From assembly GCA_963718915.1 (NCBI GenBank), contig CAVRAI010000004.1, positions 660,001 to 692,000 of the forward strand: a DNA stretch of 32,000 nt, in the 5' to 3' direction. Positions 15,759 through 25,448 of the stretch are shown here, in pieces. Position 1 is the first letter of the stretch. The number at the start of each line of letters is the position of its first letter. The DNA is from an uncultured Chloroflexia bacterium. GTDB lineage: Bacteria > Chloroflexota > Ktedonobacteria > Ktedonobacterales > JADMIN01. The translations under genes and the position numbers were made by a program. The notes beneath the pieces were generated by a model that was not told the origin of the DNA, did not search any database, and saw only the letters and a program-made list of their open reading frames with translations.

Positions 15759-16805
15759 ATGGCTGAGGCCAATACACAGCATCTGAGACTGGCACGCAGA
15801 TGGGGCGTGCTGCTACTCCTGGCGGTCGTTTTGATCGCCGGACTGGTAGCGCTGCCAAAGGGCCTGACAGTCGGTCAAACCGCTCACCCTGCTCGGATAC
15901 AGCAGGCTTCTGTACCTCTCCATACCCTTTCGGCGCCGCTCAGCACTGTGCACGGCGCAGCCTCAGCTTTTGCCCCGTATGGCCAGCTCGTACCTGCCGA
16001 CGCCCCCAAGATATACGCATCCTCGGCGTATCTGATGGATCCCACCACGGGTGAGGTCTTCTATTCCAACAATGCGCTTGATGAAGTTCCCATGGCCAGC
16101 ACCACCAAAATCATGACGACCATAGTAGCGTTGACCTTTGGCAAGCCTGACCAGAAGATTACCATTGGTCAGGACGCCGTCAATGAACAGAACAACGAGA
16201 ATAGCGTCGCAGGTCTGCAAAAAGGTGATGTGCTGACATTGAAAGACCTGCTGTACGCGCTGTTGCTGCCATCCGGGGATGATGCAGCCGTGGCAATCGC
16301 CGATGGCATAGCAGGCTCACAGGCCAGTTTTGTGCGCATGATGAACTTTGAGGCGGCGCTGCTCGGCCTTGACCACACACATTACGCCAATGTCCACGGC
16401 CTCGACGCCCCTGGCCACTACACAACAGTTGGCGATCTGGCGCGCATCGCCCGTATCGCGATTCGGAATTTCCCACTGTTCGCCCAGATTGTCAAAACGC
16501 CCACCTACGTCGTGAGCACCCCGCTGAACGGGCAATATACCTGGCACACCACCAACGAGCTTCTCACGCCACTACATGATTACCAAGGCGCTATCGGCAT
16601 CAAGACTGGGCACACTGGCAAAGCTGGCTACTGTCTGGTCTTCGCGGCAACACGAAGCGGAAACACCCTCATCGGCGTGCTGCTCGGTGAGCAAGACCAA
16701 ACGGGCGAGCAGCGCTTCTACGACGCTACCGCGCTACTGAACTGGGGATTCGCCCGTGAGAAGACCATCACAAACGTCATGAATGCGATTGCTGGCAAGA
16801 GCTAA
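15759..16805 (+). CDS. D-alanyl-D-alanine carboxypeptidase (serine peptidase S11, PBP5/DacB-like)
   Basis: ORF 15744..16805. ATG 15759 follows GGAGGAAG. There is an N-terminal TM anchor. The motifs are SxxK (MASTTKIMT), an SxN-like site (LPSGDDAA) and KTG (IKTGHTGKAGYC). Confidence 0.9.
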   Translation: MAEANTQHLRLARRWGVLLLLAVVLIAGLVALPKGLTVGQTAHPARIQQASVPLHTLSAPLSTVHGAASAFAPYGQLVPADAPKIYASSAYLMDPTTGEVFYSNNALDEVPMASTTKIMTTIVALTFGKPDQKITIGQDAVNEQNNENSVAGLQKGDVLTLKDLLYALLLPSGDDAAVAIADGIAGSQASFVRMMNFEAALLGLDHTHYANVHGLDAPGHYTTVGDLARIARIAIRNFPLFAQIVKTPTYVVSTPLNGQYTWHTTNELLTPLHDYQGAIGIKTGHTGKAGYCLVFAATRSGNTLIGVLLGEQDQTGEQRFYDATALLNWGFAREKTITNVMNAIAGKS

Positions 16806-16811
16806 GCGACA

Positions 16812-17681
16812 TCACACTTCAAGCTCGCCGCCGAAAAGACGCTGGCGGGCCAGCAGCGTCTGCTTGAGCAACATCAGATTCGTCAACTGGCCGACGCCAC
16901 CTGGCACCGGGCTCAGCGCGCCAGCGACCGCCATAACGCCTTCAGCATCCACGTCGCCAATGAGCGAGCCGTCGGGCTGGACATTGATACCCACGTCGAT
17001 CACCGTCGCGCCTGGCCGCACCATACCTGCCGTCAGCAGTCCCGGTTTGCCCGCCGCTACGATGACAACCGAAGCCTCCCGTGTCTGTTCGCCGAGATCG
17101 CGCGTATAGATATGGCACACCGTCACTGTAGCATCGCGGTGCAGCAGCAGAAACGCCAGGGGCTTGCCAACCACATTGCTCGCGCCAACGACGACAACTC
17201 GGGCGCCATTCAGGTGTATCTCGGAACGGTCGAGCATTTCGAGCACTGCGGCACAGGTTGAGGGAATAAAGGTGGGGAGGCGCAAAAAGAGATCGCCCGC
17301 GCTCCGAGTACTGATCCCGTCAACATCCTTACGCGGATCGATTGTCTCGGCGACGAGCCGCTGCGAGAGATGCTTCGGCAGGGGCAACTGCATTAAGATG
17401 CCATGAATACTGTTATCGGCATTCAATACCTCGATGCACGCGCGCAGGCCAGAGGCGTCAATCTCATCAGGCAGCGACAACATCGTCGCGCGCACGCCAA
17501 CACGTTCGGACGAACGCAGCAACGCCCGCGTATACACCTCAGACGATGGATCCTGGCCGACGCGCACAATCGCTAGCCCAGCAGGCGCCCCGTAGCGCGC
17601 TTCGTCGCTGGCTGCCATCGCTATCAAATCATCGCGCACCGCACGGGCAATGCGTCTGCCATCCAGGATGCGCGCCGTCAT
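16812..17681 (-). CDS. folD: Methylene-tetrahydrofolate dehydrogenase / methenyl-THF cyclohydrolase homologue (FolD family)
   Basis: Collinear by eye with E. coli FolD over the full length: ILDGRRIA, GLAIVRVGQDPSSEVY, ILMQLPLP, DVDG, VVVVGASNVVGKP, VIDVGIN, SPVPGGVG. The YxxxK lysine is Leu here (see findings). Confidence 0.92.
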   Translation of the reverse strand: MTARILDGRRIARAVRDDLIAMAASDEARYGAPAGLAIVRVGQDPSSEVYTRALLRSSERVGVRATMLSLPDEIDASGLRACIEVLNADNSIHGILMQLPLPKHLSQRLVAETIDPRKDVDGISTRSAGDLFLRLPTFIPSTCAAVLEMLDRSEIHLNGARVVVVGASNVVGKPLAFLLLHRDATVTVCHIYTRDLGEQTREASVVIVAAGKPGLLTAGMVRPGATVIDVGINVQPDGSLIGDVDAEGVMAVAGALSPVPGGVGQLTNLMLLKQTLLARQRLFGGELEV

Positions 17682-18313
17682 GGCTCAAGCCCCATCCGCC
17701 GACGAACCGTGCCCATCGTCTGCTGACAGATGTCCAGGGCGCGCGCCTCAAAGTCCGCGACCTGCTGGCGGGCAACGCCTGAGGCAGCCTGGTCGTGCAG
17801 CAACACGACGTTTGCCAGCACATTGAGCGCCGCCGAGCGAACCGCCGCCTCACCGATGATAGCAGCACAGCCCGCATCACTTACCACCGTGCCATTGCCG
17901 ATACGCGCTATTTCCTCCGCCAGCGCCAGCACATCACAGGCCGTGGACATCACCGCTAGCGGTGGTTGCATTGCCGCGTCCAACGCTCGCTGAATTGCCG
18001 CCTCCCGCGAGGCGCGCGCCTCCTCGTCCGCCTTCGGCAATTTGTACGCGGCAGAGACAGCCTGAAACGCGCGCTCATCATCTTCCATGAACTGGACAAG
18101 ACGGGCACGCGCTTCGTGCAGAAGCGCGATGACCACGCGGACACGCTCATCCACCGCCGCATATTTTGGGCGTCCAGCCGTTAGTTGCGCCACCATCTCC
18201 GCCAGCGCCGCCGCTAACGCGCCCGCCAGCGCACTCGCCGCGCCTCCGCCCGGTGTGGGCGCGCTCGAAGCAAGCGACTTCAGAAACGCCGACAGCTTTG
18301 TATCGTCCGCCAT
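17678..18313 (-). CDS. Cyclodeaminase/cyclohydrolase-domain protein (FchA / FtcD C-terminal domain family)
   Basis: The N-terminus LASSAPTPGGGAASALAGALAAALAEMVAQLTAGRPKY is the signature of the formiminotransferase-cyclodeaminase / methenyl-THF cyclohydrolase domain. Its stop overlaps the folD start (ATGA at 17681..17678). Confidence 0.85.
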   Translation of the reverse strand: MADDTKLSAFLKSLASSAPTPGGGAASALAGALAAALAEMVAQLTAGRPKYAAVDERVRVVIALLHEARARLVQFMEDDERAFQAVSAAYKLPKADEEARASREAAIQRALDAAMQPPLAVMSTACDVLALAEEIARIGNGTVVSDAGCAAIIGEAAVRSAALNVLANVVLLHDQAASGVARQQVADFEARALDICQQTMGTVRRRMGLEP

Positions 18314-18431
18314 GAATCATCCTGTCTGGTGAAAGATTCTCGCGCGGTATTGTACCATTCTGAGCATATAGAGCGAGCGGATTTTTGGCGGAGATGAGGA
18401 GATTGAGAGATTTGGAAGGGAGCGAACGCAG

Positions 18432-19145
18432 GTGAGCGACAGACAGCGCTACACGGATGGCGAATCCGCTGAGAAGGTTGCACGCATCTACGAGAAACTG
18501 GTTGCCACCTATGGCATCCCAACATGGGAACCAAACGGCGATCCTCTCGGTGAACTGGTCGCCACTATCCTCTCGCAGCACACCTCCGACATCAACTCCG
18601 AACGCGCTTATCGCCAGTTACGCTCTGCGTTTCGTACCTGGGAGCAGGTGCGTGATGCCCCTACGGGTGACGTGGTCGAAGCGATTCGCTCCGGCGGACT
18701 GGCGCAGCAGAAAGCAGAACGCATCCAGCAGATTCTCCGCATCCTGACGGAGCAGTTGGGCGACGCGCCATTAACGCTCGACAGACTGGATGCAATGCCG
18801 CTGGACGACGCATTGGCGTGGCTGCGCGGGCTGCCTGGCGTAGGTCCTAAAACCGCGGCATGCGTTCTGCTATTCGCTCTGGGCAAGCCAGCTTTTCCGG
18901 TGGATACCCATGTCTGGCGTGTTACGAAACGGCTAGGACTTATTGGCCCACAAATGTCTGCGGAAAGCTCTCAAGAGACACTCCAAGCGCTGATACCTCC
19001 AGAGTGGCGTCACACGATGCACATCGATCTTATCCGTCATGGGAGACAAATATGCTATGCCCGCAAACCGGCCTGTTTCCGCTGCCCAATCTCGTCAGAT
19101 TGCCGGTATTTTTGGGAGGTTGTAGCGGCCGGCGAAGCATGCTGA
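18432..19145 (+). CDS. nth: Endonuclease III-like HhH-GPD DNA glycosylase with a 4Fe-4S cluster loop
   Basis: VATILSQHTSD; HhH-GPD motif LPGVGPKTAACVLLFALGKPAFPVDTHVWRV, with the Lys and Asp retained; C-terminal Cys ladder CYARKPACFRCPISSDC (C-x6-C-x2-C-x5-C). GTG start with a GGGAG-type SD. Confidence 0.88.
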   Translation: MSDRQRYTDGESAEKVARIYEKLVATYGIPTWEPNGDPLGELVATILSQHTSDINSERAYRQLRSAFRTWEQVRDAPTGDVVEAIRSGGLAQQKAERIQQILRILTEQLGDAPLTLDRLDAMPLDDALAWLRGLPGVGPKTAACVLLFALGKPAFPVDTHVWRVTKRLGLIGPQMSAESSQETLQALIPPEWRHTMHIDLIRHGRQICYARKPACFRCPISSDCRYFWEVVAAGEAC

Positions 19146-19379
19146 GCAGTGTGCTAAAGCGAGCGCGATGTGTTACACTAGATGGCATGTGTCGTTTCCA
19201 ATTCTGAGACAGAGATAAGAACAAGCGAGCGGCAAGCGTTTGCGGGCTATCGGCAAGGGCGCCGGGCCTGAAGCGGAAACCGCGCGTTTCTCTTGGTGAG
19301 AGCATAGGGCATATTGTACACGGGAGGTGTACAACTCCGGCGGGTATACCGGAGTATGAGGAGGCACGGCGTTCATATC

Positions 19380-19784
19380 ATGACGATCTGGCAGCACATC
19401 GACCAGCGCCCCGAGACGAAGCTACGGCACTGGCAACGCAAGGCACGTATTTTGGCCAGGAAGGCCGCACATGAGGGTCACATTCAGTATATTCTCACCT
19501 GGCGCATCTGGTCCGCACTGCTGATCTTGCTTATGGTGATGATAAGCCTGCTGGCCAATCCCGCATACCGCCAGTGGCTACTGACGGCGCTCTCTAACAT
19601 TGCCATCATTGGTGGTATTCTGGCTGCTCCGATTATCTCGCTAGTCGCATGGATCGGTGTGACACTCCCCACCCATGCGCCTCTACACCAGGCGGCGCCA
19701 ACGCTCTTCATCGGCGCGCTGCTCTGGATGGCGATGGGCATCGTCTCGGCCCACGCCCGCCACGACGGCTCCGCCACCCGTTGA
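19380..19784 (+). CDS. Hypothetical small membrane protein (about 3 TM helices); start uncertain (19314, 19356 or 19380)
   Basis: Hydrophobic segments are IWSALLILLMVMISLLA, IAIIGGILAAPIISLVAWIGV and LFIGALLWMAMGIVSA. I recognise no family. Confidence 0.55.
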   Translation: MTIWQHIDQRPETKLRHWQRKARILARKAAHEGHIQYILTWRIWSALLILLMVMISLLANPAYRQWLLTALSNIAIIGGILAAPIISLVAWIGVTLPTHAPLHQAAPTLFIGALLWMAMGIVSAHARHDGSATR

Positions 19785-19833
19785 ACGCCACACGCCATGT
19801 AGGCGATCTCGGCATATACGGCATACGCCAGCG

Positions 19834-20529
19834 TCATTGCACGTCTGGGAAATCAGGCGAGTTGGCGTACTCCGTAAACGGCACATGCGCGCGCTCTGCG
19901 GCAAGGCGTAACAGTTCGCGTACTTCGGCGTCAGACGTTGGCGAGAAGTCGTCGTACCAGAGGCCGACGCCGTAAAATGGTTCAGGTGTCTCAACGCAGA
20001 CCACCTCGTCCGCGATGGCGCGTAGCTCCTGGCAGGTTGACGCTGGAGCAACGGGGACGCCAGCGACCAGGCGCAACGGCTGTTTCAGTCGTAAGGCAAC
20101 GAGGCCCGCGCGCATGGTGGCGCCCGTCGCCAGACCATCATCTACCAGAATAATCACCTGATCCTCGATGGTCGGAGTTGGACGGTCGTCGCGATATTCA
20201 CGTTCGCGGCGTTCCATCTCCATCGCTTCCGCCGCAGCCACTGCTTCGATCGTGGCTGGCGAGATCGCCGATCCTTCGACGACATCGTGGTTGATCACGC
20301 GGACACCTCCACTGGCAATGGCGCCCATCGCCAGTTCTTCGTTGCCCGGCGCCCCTAGTTTGCGCACAAGGAAAACATCGAGCGGCACGCGCAACGCACA
20401 GGCAACCTCATAGCCCACTGGCACGCCTCCGCGCGGTAGGGCAAGCACGATAGCGTCTGGCCGGTCGGCGTATGGTGTGAGGCTGGCTGCCAAAGCCCGC
20501 CCAGCATCCCTGCGATCACGGAAGCGCAT
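19834..20529 (-). CDS. Phosphoribosyltransferase-family protein (COG1926 type)
   Basis: FRDRRDAGRALAASL...IVLALPRGGVPVGYEVA, with the PRPP-binding loop VIILVDDGLATGATM. GGAGGAGG lies 8 nt upstream of the ATG. Confidence 0.85.
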   Translation of the reverse strand: MRFRDRRDAGRALAASLTPYADRPDAIVLALPRGGVPVGYEVACALRVPLDVFLVRKLGAPGNEELAMGAIASGGVRVINHDVVEGSAISPATIEAVAAAEAMEMERREREYRDDRPTPTIEDQVIILVDDGLATGATMRAGLVALRLKQPLRLVAGVPVAPASTCQELRAIADEVVCVETPEPFYGVGLWYDDFSPTSDAEVRELLRLAAERAHVPFTEYANSPDFPDVQ

Positions 20530-20694
20530 AGATATCGCCTCCTCCGCGGATCATGTACACTACGATGCAAGGGTCGCATAAGCCGTACCACTCGATGCTG
20601 GTTCCATCATATTTCCAGAACAGCGTATTTTGCATGGCGCTGGCTCAAGCGAATGCATTCCATGTTGGCATGCACCGGTTTGCGTCCCTCGATT

Positions 20695-21699
20695 TTAGAT
20701 CTTAGCGAGGTGGCTGATTTCGATACTGCGACGAATGGAGCGTGTCCCATCGCCTAGCGTCCATGAACTGACGTCTCCGTCGGCGAGACGATTTTGCGCG
20801 ACGATTGCGGCGCCAACTTCTGGCGAATGTCGCGGCGATTCCAGCCTTGCCTGTGGAGCGATACGCTTGACGGCTATGCGTAGCGGATCAAGAACCCAGG
20901 TAGTGGACTTGAAGACACTGCCGACGATGCCTATCGGGAAGGAATCCTTCTCCATGTCAAGCTGAGTGACTATCGCCTCGATATCGTTGGCGATATCGCT
21001 CGCTGCCTGCCGCAGAATATCCTGCGCCACTTGATCGCCTTCGTCCGCCGCCTCGGCAACACAGCGCGAAAATTCAGCGACACGTAACTTGCCCAGGCCA
21101 CCGCTATCCGCCAGGCGACGCATCGCCAGCGCTCCGTCAACACCATAGAACTCAGCAAGCTTGTCAAGCAGGCGTGTCGGTTGACGACGACCATCCAGCA
21201 TCTTCATCGCCTCGTGGATGGAGGCGAGGCCAATTCGATAGCCACTGCCCGCATCGCCGAGGATGTAGTCCCATCCATCGACACGCCAAAATGCGCCGTC
21301 GGCATTCATGCCAAGCGCGGTAGCGCCTGTTCCCGCGATGGCGACGATGCCCGGCCCGCCGTCCGTAGCGCAGGCCCAGGCTCCCACGACATCATTCTCA
21401 ACAATCACCGCACCGCGATACCCCAGCAGTGTCATTGCGCGCCGTGGCACAGGCAGATCAAGCTCAGTATCGAATCCGGCAAGACACATGCACATCGCAT
21501 CAATGCGCTCAAGCGCGATATTTGCCATACAAAGCGCCTGCGTCACCGCGTCCACGATATTCTGGCTGCTGGCCTCCATGTTGGCGGAGCGATAATTTGA
21601 TGGGCCGGAGACTCCTGCCCCCAGTACGCGCAGGTCATCTCCTACCACCGCCGCTGTGGTTTTGGTGCCACCACCATCCACCCCAATGACGAATCGCAT
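20695..21699 (-). CDS. BadF/BadG/BcrA/BcrD-type ATPase, N-acetylglucosamine-kinase-like sugar kinase
   Basis: ORF 20695..21756. The start is moved to ATG 21699 (GGAGGG 6 nt upstream), giving MRFVIGVDGGGTKTTAAVV, the phosphate-1 motif of the ASKHA fold. Later motifs are GIVAIAGTGA and ILGDAGSGY. Confidence 0.85.
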   Translation of the reverse strand: MRFVIGVDGGGTKTTAAVVGDDLRVLGAGVSGPSNYRSANMEASSQNIVDAVTQALCMANIALERIDAMCMCLAGFDTELDLPVPRRAMTLLGYRGAVIVENDVVGAWACATDGGPGIVAIAGTGATALGMNADGAFWRVDGWDYILGDAGSGYRIGLASIHEAMKMLDGRRQPTRLLDKLAEFYGVDGALAMRRLADSGGLGKLRVAEFSRCVAEAADEGDQVAQDILRQAASDIANDIEAIVTQLDMEKDSFPIGIVGSVFKSTTWVLDPLRIAVKRIAPQARLESPRHSPEVGAAIVAQNRLADGDVSSWTLGDGTRSIRRSIEISHLAKI

Positions 21700-21846
21700 G
21701 AGATCCCTCCTCACCACCTCTTTGGAAACAGATCGTCCGTCTGACCGGGAAAGCAAGCCGAAGGTTGCCGACCCAACGCATCAGGCAGTGCCAGCATAGA
21801 ACAGCTGAGACAGATTATTGTTGCCCATTGGCAGGAATCGACGTAA

Positions 21847-23241
21847 TTACCTGCCTGGCGAATCAGGCACGCGAGCCAGAAGATCACGATACCAGTGACC
21901 GCTGTCTTTGACAATTCGGCGCTGAGTGGGGTAGTCGATGTAGACCACGCCAAATCGCTTGGAATATCCCTCGCCCCACTCAAAGTTATCCATAAACGAC
22001 CAGGCGAAATAGCCCTGTACGGGTACCTCCTGATCGATGACTCGGGCAATCGCTTCGATGTGGGCGACAAGATACGCTCTGCGCTCAGGATCGCTGACGC
22101 GGTCACCGCCATCCCATTCATCGTGATAGGCTGCCCCATTCTCGGTGATGAAGAGCGCAGTTGGCGCATAGTCGCGATGAAGGCGCAACAGGAGATCGCT
22201 TAGCCCCTGCGGGAACACCTCCCAGTTCATCGCGGTATATGAACTCCCTGGCACCGGATAGACCGTCCGGGTTGATCCGGGATTGTCCGGGTCGCCGCCA
22301 ATAATCTGACGCATGTAGTAGTTGACGCCCAGGAAATCGAGTGGGGCGGAAATGTGCGCCATATCTCCTTCCTGGATTGGGGGAGGCGCGACACGCTGTT
22401 CCGCGAAGAACGTGTCAGGATATTTGCCGTGGTAGACGGGTTCGGCGAACCAGCGATTTTTAAAGTTATCCATCGCCGCTACTGCTTGCTGGGTTTCAGG
22501 CAGATCGTCGGCGGCATAAACGGGGGAGAAGTCGAGGGTAATGCCAACCTGAGCATCAGGCACGAGCGCCCGAATGCGCGGGACAGCAAGCCCATGCCCA
22601 AGCAATACATGATGCGCCGCGATGATCGCCGCCTGCGGATCATGCATGCCTGGCGCATGTTTACCATCCGCATGCCCGAGATAGGCGATGCAGAATGGCT
22701 CGTTGATGGTGATCCAATGCTTCACCCGATCACCCAGGTGTCCGACAACAACTTCGGCGTAATCAGCAAAGGCAAAGGCAGTATTCCGGCTCAGCCAGCC
22801 TCCCTGCTCCTGCAGAACCTGGGGTAGATCCCAATGATAGAGCGTCGCCATAGGCACAATGCCATGTTCAAGCAATGCATCGACCAACTGGCTGTAAAAT
22901 GCCAAACCACTGGGATTGACAGCTCCAATCCCGGTAGGGACAATGCGCGGCCAGGCAATTGAGAAGCGGTACGAGCGAATCCCAAGTTGCGCCATGAGAT
23001 CGACATCTTCGCGCATACGGTGATAATGATCCGCGGCAATGTCGCCGTTCTGCCCCTGATACACCGCGCCGGGTTTTGTGGCGAATTTATCCCAGATGGA
23101 TGGACTGCGTCCGTCCTCATCAGTAGCGCCCTCGATTTGATAGGAGGAGGTAGCTACACCCCATTGAAAATTGGGAGGGAAGGTGGCTAAGAGCGATGGA
23201 TCGATATCGCCACGCACCTGGGTCGTGTCGCTCAACGTCAT
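21847..23241 (-). CDS. GH1 beta-glucosidase / beta-glycosidase
   Basis: FPPNFQWGVATSSYQIEGA; acid/base motif WITINEP; nucleophile motif FITENGAA. Length 464 aa. AGGAG lies 8 nt upstream. Confidence 0.93.
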   Translation of the reverse strand: MTLSDTTQVRGDIDPSLLATFPPNFQWGVATSSYQIEGATDEDGRSPSIWDKFATKPGAVYQGQNGDIAADHYHRMREDVDLMAQLGIRSYRFSIAWPRIVPTGIGAVNPSGLAFYSQLVDALLEHGIVPMATLYHWDLPQVLQEQGGWLSRNTAFAFADYAEVVVGHLGDRVKHWITINEPFCIAYLGHADGKHAPGMHDPQAAIIAAHHVLLGHGLAVPRIRALVPDAQVGITLDFSPVYAADDLPETQQAVAAMDNFKNRWFAEPVYHGKYPDTFFAEQRVAPPPIQEGDMAHISAPLDFLGVNYYMRQIIGGDPDNPGSTRTVYPVPGSSYTAMNWEVFPQGLSDLLLRLHRDYAPTALFITENGAAYHDEWDGGDRVSDPERRAYLVAHIEAIARVIDQEVPVQGYFAWSFMDNFEWGEGYSKRFGVVYIDYPTQRRIVKDSGHWYRDLLARVPDSPGR

Positions 23242-23259
23242 GAACGTGTCTCCTGCGTA

Positions 23260-24330
23260 TTATTCTGTAACCTGTGAGGGTGTTTGCGAGCTACCGTTAG
23301 CGTCTCCATAAAGGAAGCAGTGAGTATAATGCCCGCCGCCCAGATCGGTGCGCGAGGGAAAGCGCTCACGACAAACCGGCATAGCGTGCGGGCAGCGAGG
23401 GTGGAAACGGCAACCGGTTGGTGGATTAATCAGGCTTGGCGGCTCACCCCGTGCTGGTAATTCGACAATTCCCTGCGTGCCTTGGGAAAATATACGGGAT
23501 GGGTCAGGAGCCGCGGAAAGGAGCAACTGGGTATATGGATGCTTCGGCGTCTTGATAATGGTTTCCGTCGGACCTCCCTCGACCAATTGGCCAGCATACA
23601 TCACGAGAATCTCATCGGCAAAGTAGCGCGCACTGGCGATATCATGAGTGATGAACAGGAGTGCCAGTCCTAGCTCGTCTTTAAAACCTTCCAGCAGATT
23701 AAGCATATCGAGCCGGATCGAGACATCCAGCATCGAAACAGGCTCATCGGCAAGCAGAACGCTCGGGCGTACCGCCAACGCACGGGCAATTGCGATCCGC
23801 TGGCGCTGGCCCCCACTCAATTCATGCGGGAACTTCTCAATGAACTGCTCGGCAGGGGTCAGATTGACGCGCCGCAACAGATCGAGAATCTGCTGCCTCT
23901 CCTGCTCTTTCGTATGAATATGTCCGAAAATGCGCAGAGGCCGCGCAAGGTGGTAGCGCACATTATGCACCGGATTGAGCGATCCAAATGGGTCTTGAAA
24001 TACCAGTTGAACCTGGCGATGATGCGATTTTGGCACTGATCGTCTCAGGTCGATAACCGCGCCCCGGAATTTAACAGTTCCACCCGTTGCTGGATACATT
24101 CCCGCCAGGACACGCGCCACTGTGGTCTTCCCGCTACCACTCTCACCCACGAGCGCAACCGCTTTGCCAGGATAGAGGGCAATATCCAGAGACTCAACCG
24201 CTTTGACTGTGTTGGTGCGGCCCAGTATTGCGCGACTCGACACCGCAAATGTCTTGCGCAGCGCAATCGCCTCAAGAATAGGTTGAGAGCGATCATCGAT
24301 GCTCGGCGCGCCATGCGTTGCAGTCATCAT
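23260..24330 (-). CDS. ABC transporter ATP-binding protein, OppF/DppF type
   Basis: Walker [10 protein letters not shown], signature LSGGQRQR, Walker B LLADEP, and a C-terminal oligopeptide-type extension with [17 protein letters not shown]. Confidence 0.9.
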   Translation of the reverse strand: MMTATHGAPSIDDRSQPILEAIALRKTFAVSSRAILGRTNTVKAVESLDIALYPGKAVALVGESGSGKTTVARVLAGMYPATGGTVKFRGAVIDLRRSVPKSHHRQVQLVFQDPFGSLNPVHNVRYHLARPLRIFGHIHTKEQERQQILDLLRRVNLTPAEQFIEKFPHELSGGQRQRIAIARALAVRPSVLLADEPVSMLDVSIRLDMLNLLEGFKDELGLALLFITHDIASARYFADEILVMYAGQLVEGGPTETIIKTPKHPYTQLLLSAAPDPSRIFSQGTQGIVELPARGEPPSLINPPTGCRFHPRCPHAMPVCRERFPSRTDLGGGHYTHCFLYGDANGSSQTPSQVTE

Positions 24331-25448
24331 TGTGAGCCTCCTGTTGAGGATGACAGTTGGCCGCGCGGTGTTTCAGCCGCCAGTGAAGGATCCACCGACA
24401 TCGGGGGACGATTGGTGTTATAGGCTGGATCGTAGAGATGGCAGGCCACCACATGCGCTGGTCGAGCATCGTCGGGAGCACGCAGAGCAGGCAAGACCTT
24501 GTGGCATGCATCAAACGCGAAGGCGCAACGAGGCGCGAACGGGCAACCAGTCGGCAAGGCTCGCAGATCAGGCGGATGGCCAGGAATGCCAAGCATATGC
24601 TTCTTCTCGCCTTGAAGGTCTGGGAAGGAATGGATCAGGCCGTACGAGTACGGATGATAGGGATGGACGATAAGCCCCTCCTGATTGGATAGCTCTACCA
24701 GACGTCCGGCATACATGATTGCCACATGGTTGCTAATTTCCAGGAGAAGTGAGAGATCATGCGTGATAAAGATCACCGAAAAGCCAAACTTCGCCTGCAA
24801 TGTTTTGACCTCATTGAGGATTTCGCGCTGTACAACGACATCCAGCGCGGTGGTGGGTTCATCCATGATAATCAGGTCAGGATTTAGCGCGAGCGCAATG
24901 GCTATAATCGCGCGCTGGCGCATCCCTCCACTCAGTTGATGGGGATAGCTCCTGAGGCGATCCGGTGAGATACCAACCAAACGTATCAGCTCAATGGCGC
25001 GTTCGCGGCGTTGACGGGCATCTAGCGAAGGATCGTGAGCCTTAATGACGTCGGTAACCTGCGCTTCGATAGTCAGCACGGGATTCAAAGCGTTCATGGC
25101 GCTTTGAAAGACGATTGAGAGCTTCCTCCATCTGAACTGACGCAATTCTTCCGGCAAAAGCTGGAGAACATCAACACTCTCGCCAAACATCTCCTCTTCT
25201 TGTGGGCTTTGCCGATCAGCCTGAAAGTTGAAGATGATCTCGCCATTCGTGATCTTCGCCGGGAACTTGAGCAAACGCGCCAGCGCGAAGGCCAGCGTAG
25301 ATTTGCCGCTACCGCTCTCGCCTGCCAGCCCAAATATCTCGCCGCGATTGACGACGAATGAGACATTGTCGACCGCGTGAACCGTTCCCGTGTCGGAGGC
25401 ATAATCAACGCTTAAGTTGCGGACTTCGAGAATGTTCTCACTCGCCAT
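24327..25448 (-). CDS. ABC transporter ATP-binding protein, OppD/DppD type
   Basis: ORF 24327..25565. The start is moved to ATG 25448 (MASENILEVRNLSVDY), which overlaps the permease stop by 11 nt. Walker A GESGSGKST, signature LSGGMRQR, Walker B IIMDEP, C-terminal PTGCPFAPRC. Its stop overlaps the OppF-type start by 4 nt. Confidence 0.9.
   Translation of the reverse strand: MASENILEVRNLSVDYASDTGTVHAVDNVSFVVNRGEIFGLAGESGSGKSTLAFALARLLKFPAKITNGEIIFNFQADRQSPQEEEMFGESVDVLQLLPEELRQFRWRKLSIVFQSAMNALNPVLTIEAQVTDVIKAHDPSLDARQRRERAIELIRLVGISPDRLRSYPHQLSGGMRQRAIIAIALALNPDLIIMDEPTTALDVVVQREILNEVKTLQAKFGFSVIFITHDLSLLLEISNHVAIMYAGRLVELSNQEGLIVHPYHPYSYGLIHSFPDLQGEKKHMLGIPGHPPDLRALPTGCPFAPRCAFAFDACHKVLPALRAPDDARPAHVVACHLYDPAYNTNRPPMSVDPSLAAETPRGQLSSSTGGSQ

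Noticed and set aside
19275-19300. Candidate rho-independent terminator after nth (GAAAC-cgcgc-GTTTC followed by TCTCTT).
   Set aside because: The stem is only 5 bp, the T-tract is poor, and it lies 130 nt downstream of the stop. The support is insufficient.
19834-20529. The phosphoribosyltransferase as a possible defence-system effector, with the neighbouring small membrane protein.
   Set aside because: It is the common stand-alone COG1926-type PRTase with a normal PRPP loop. The genes are convergent and not in an operon. No sensor, nuclease, NTPase or other defence-associated partner is nearby.
20530-20694. Palindromes (GAATGCATTC, CATGttggCATG) upstream of the PRTase gene as a possible riboswitch or operator.
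   Set aside because: The palindromes are short and have chance-level significance. I recognise no riboswitch consensus and no second copy occurs elsewhere.
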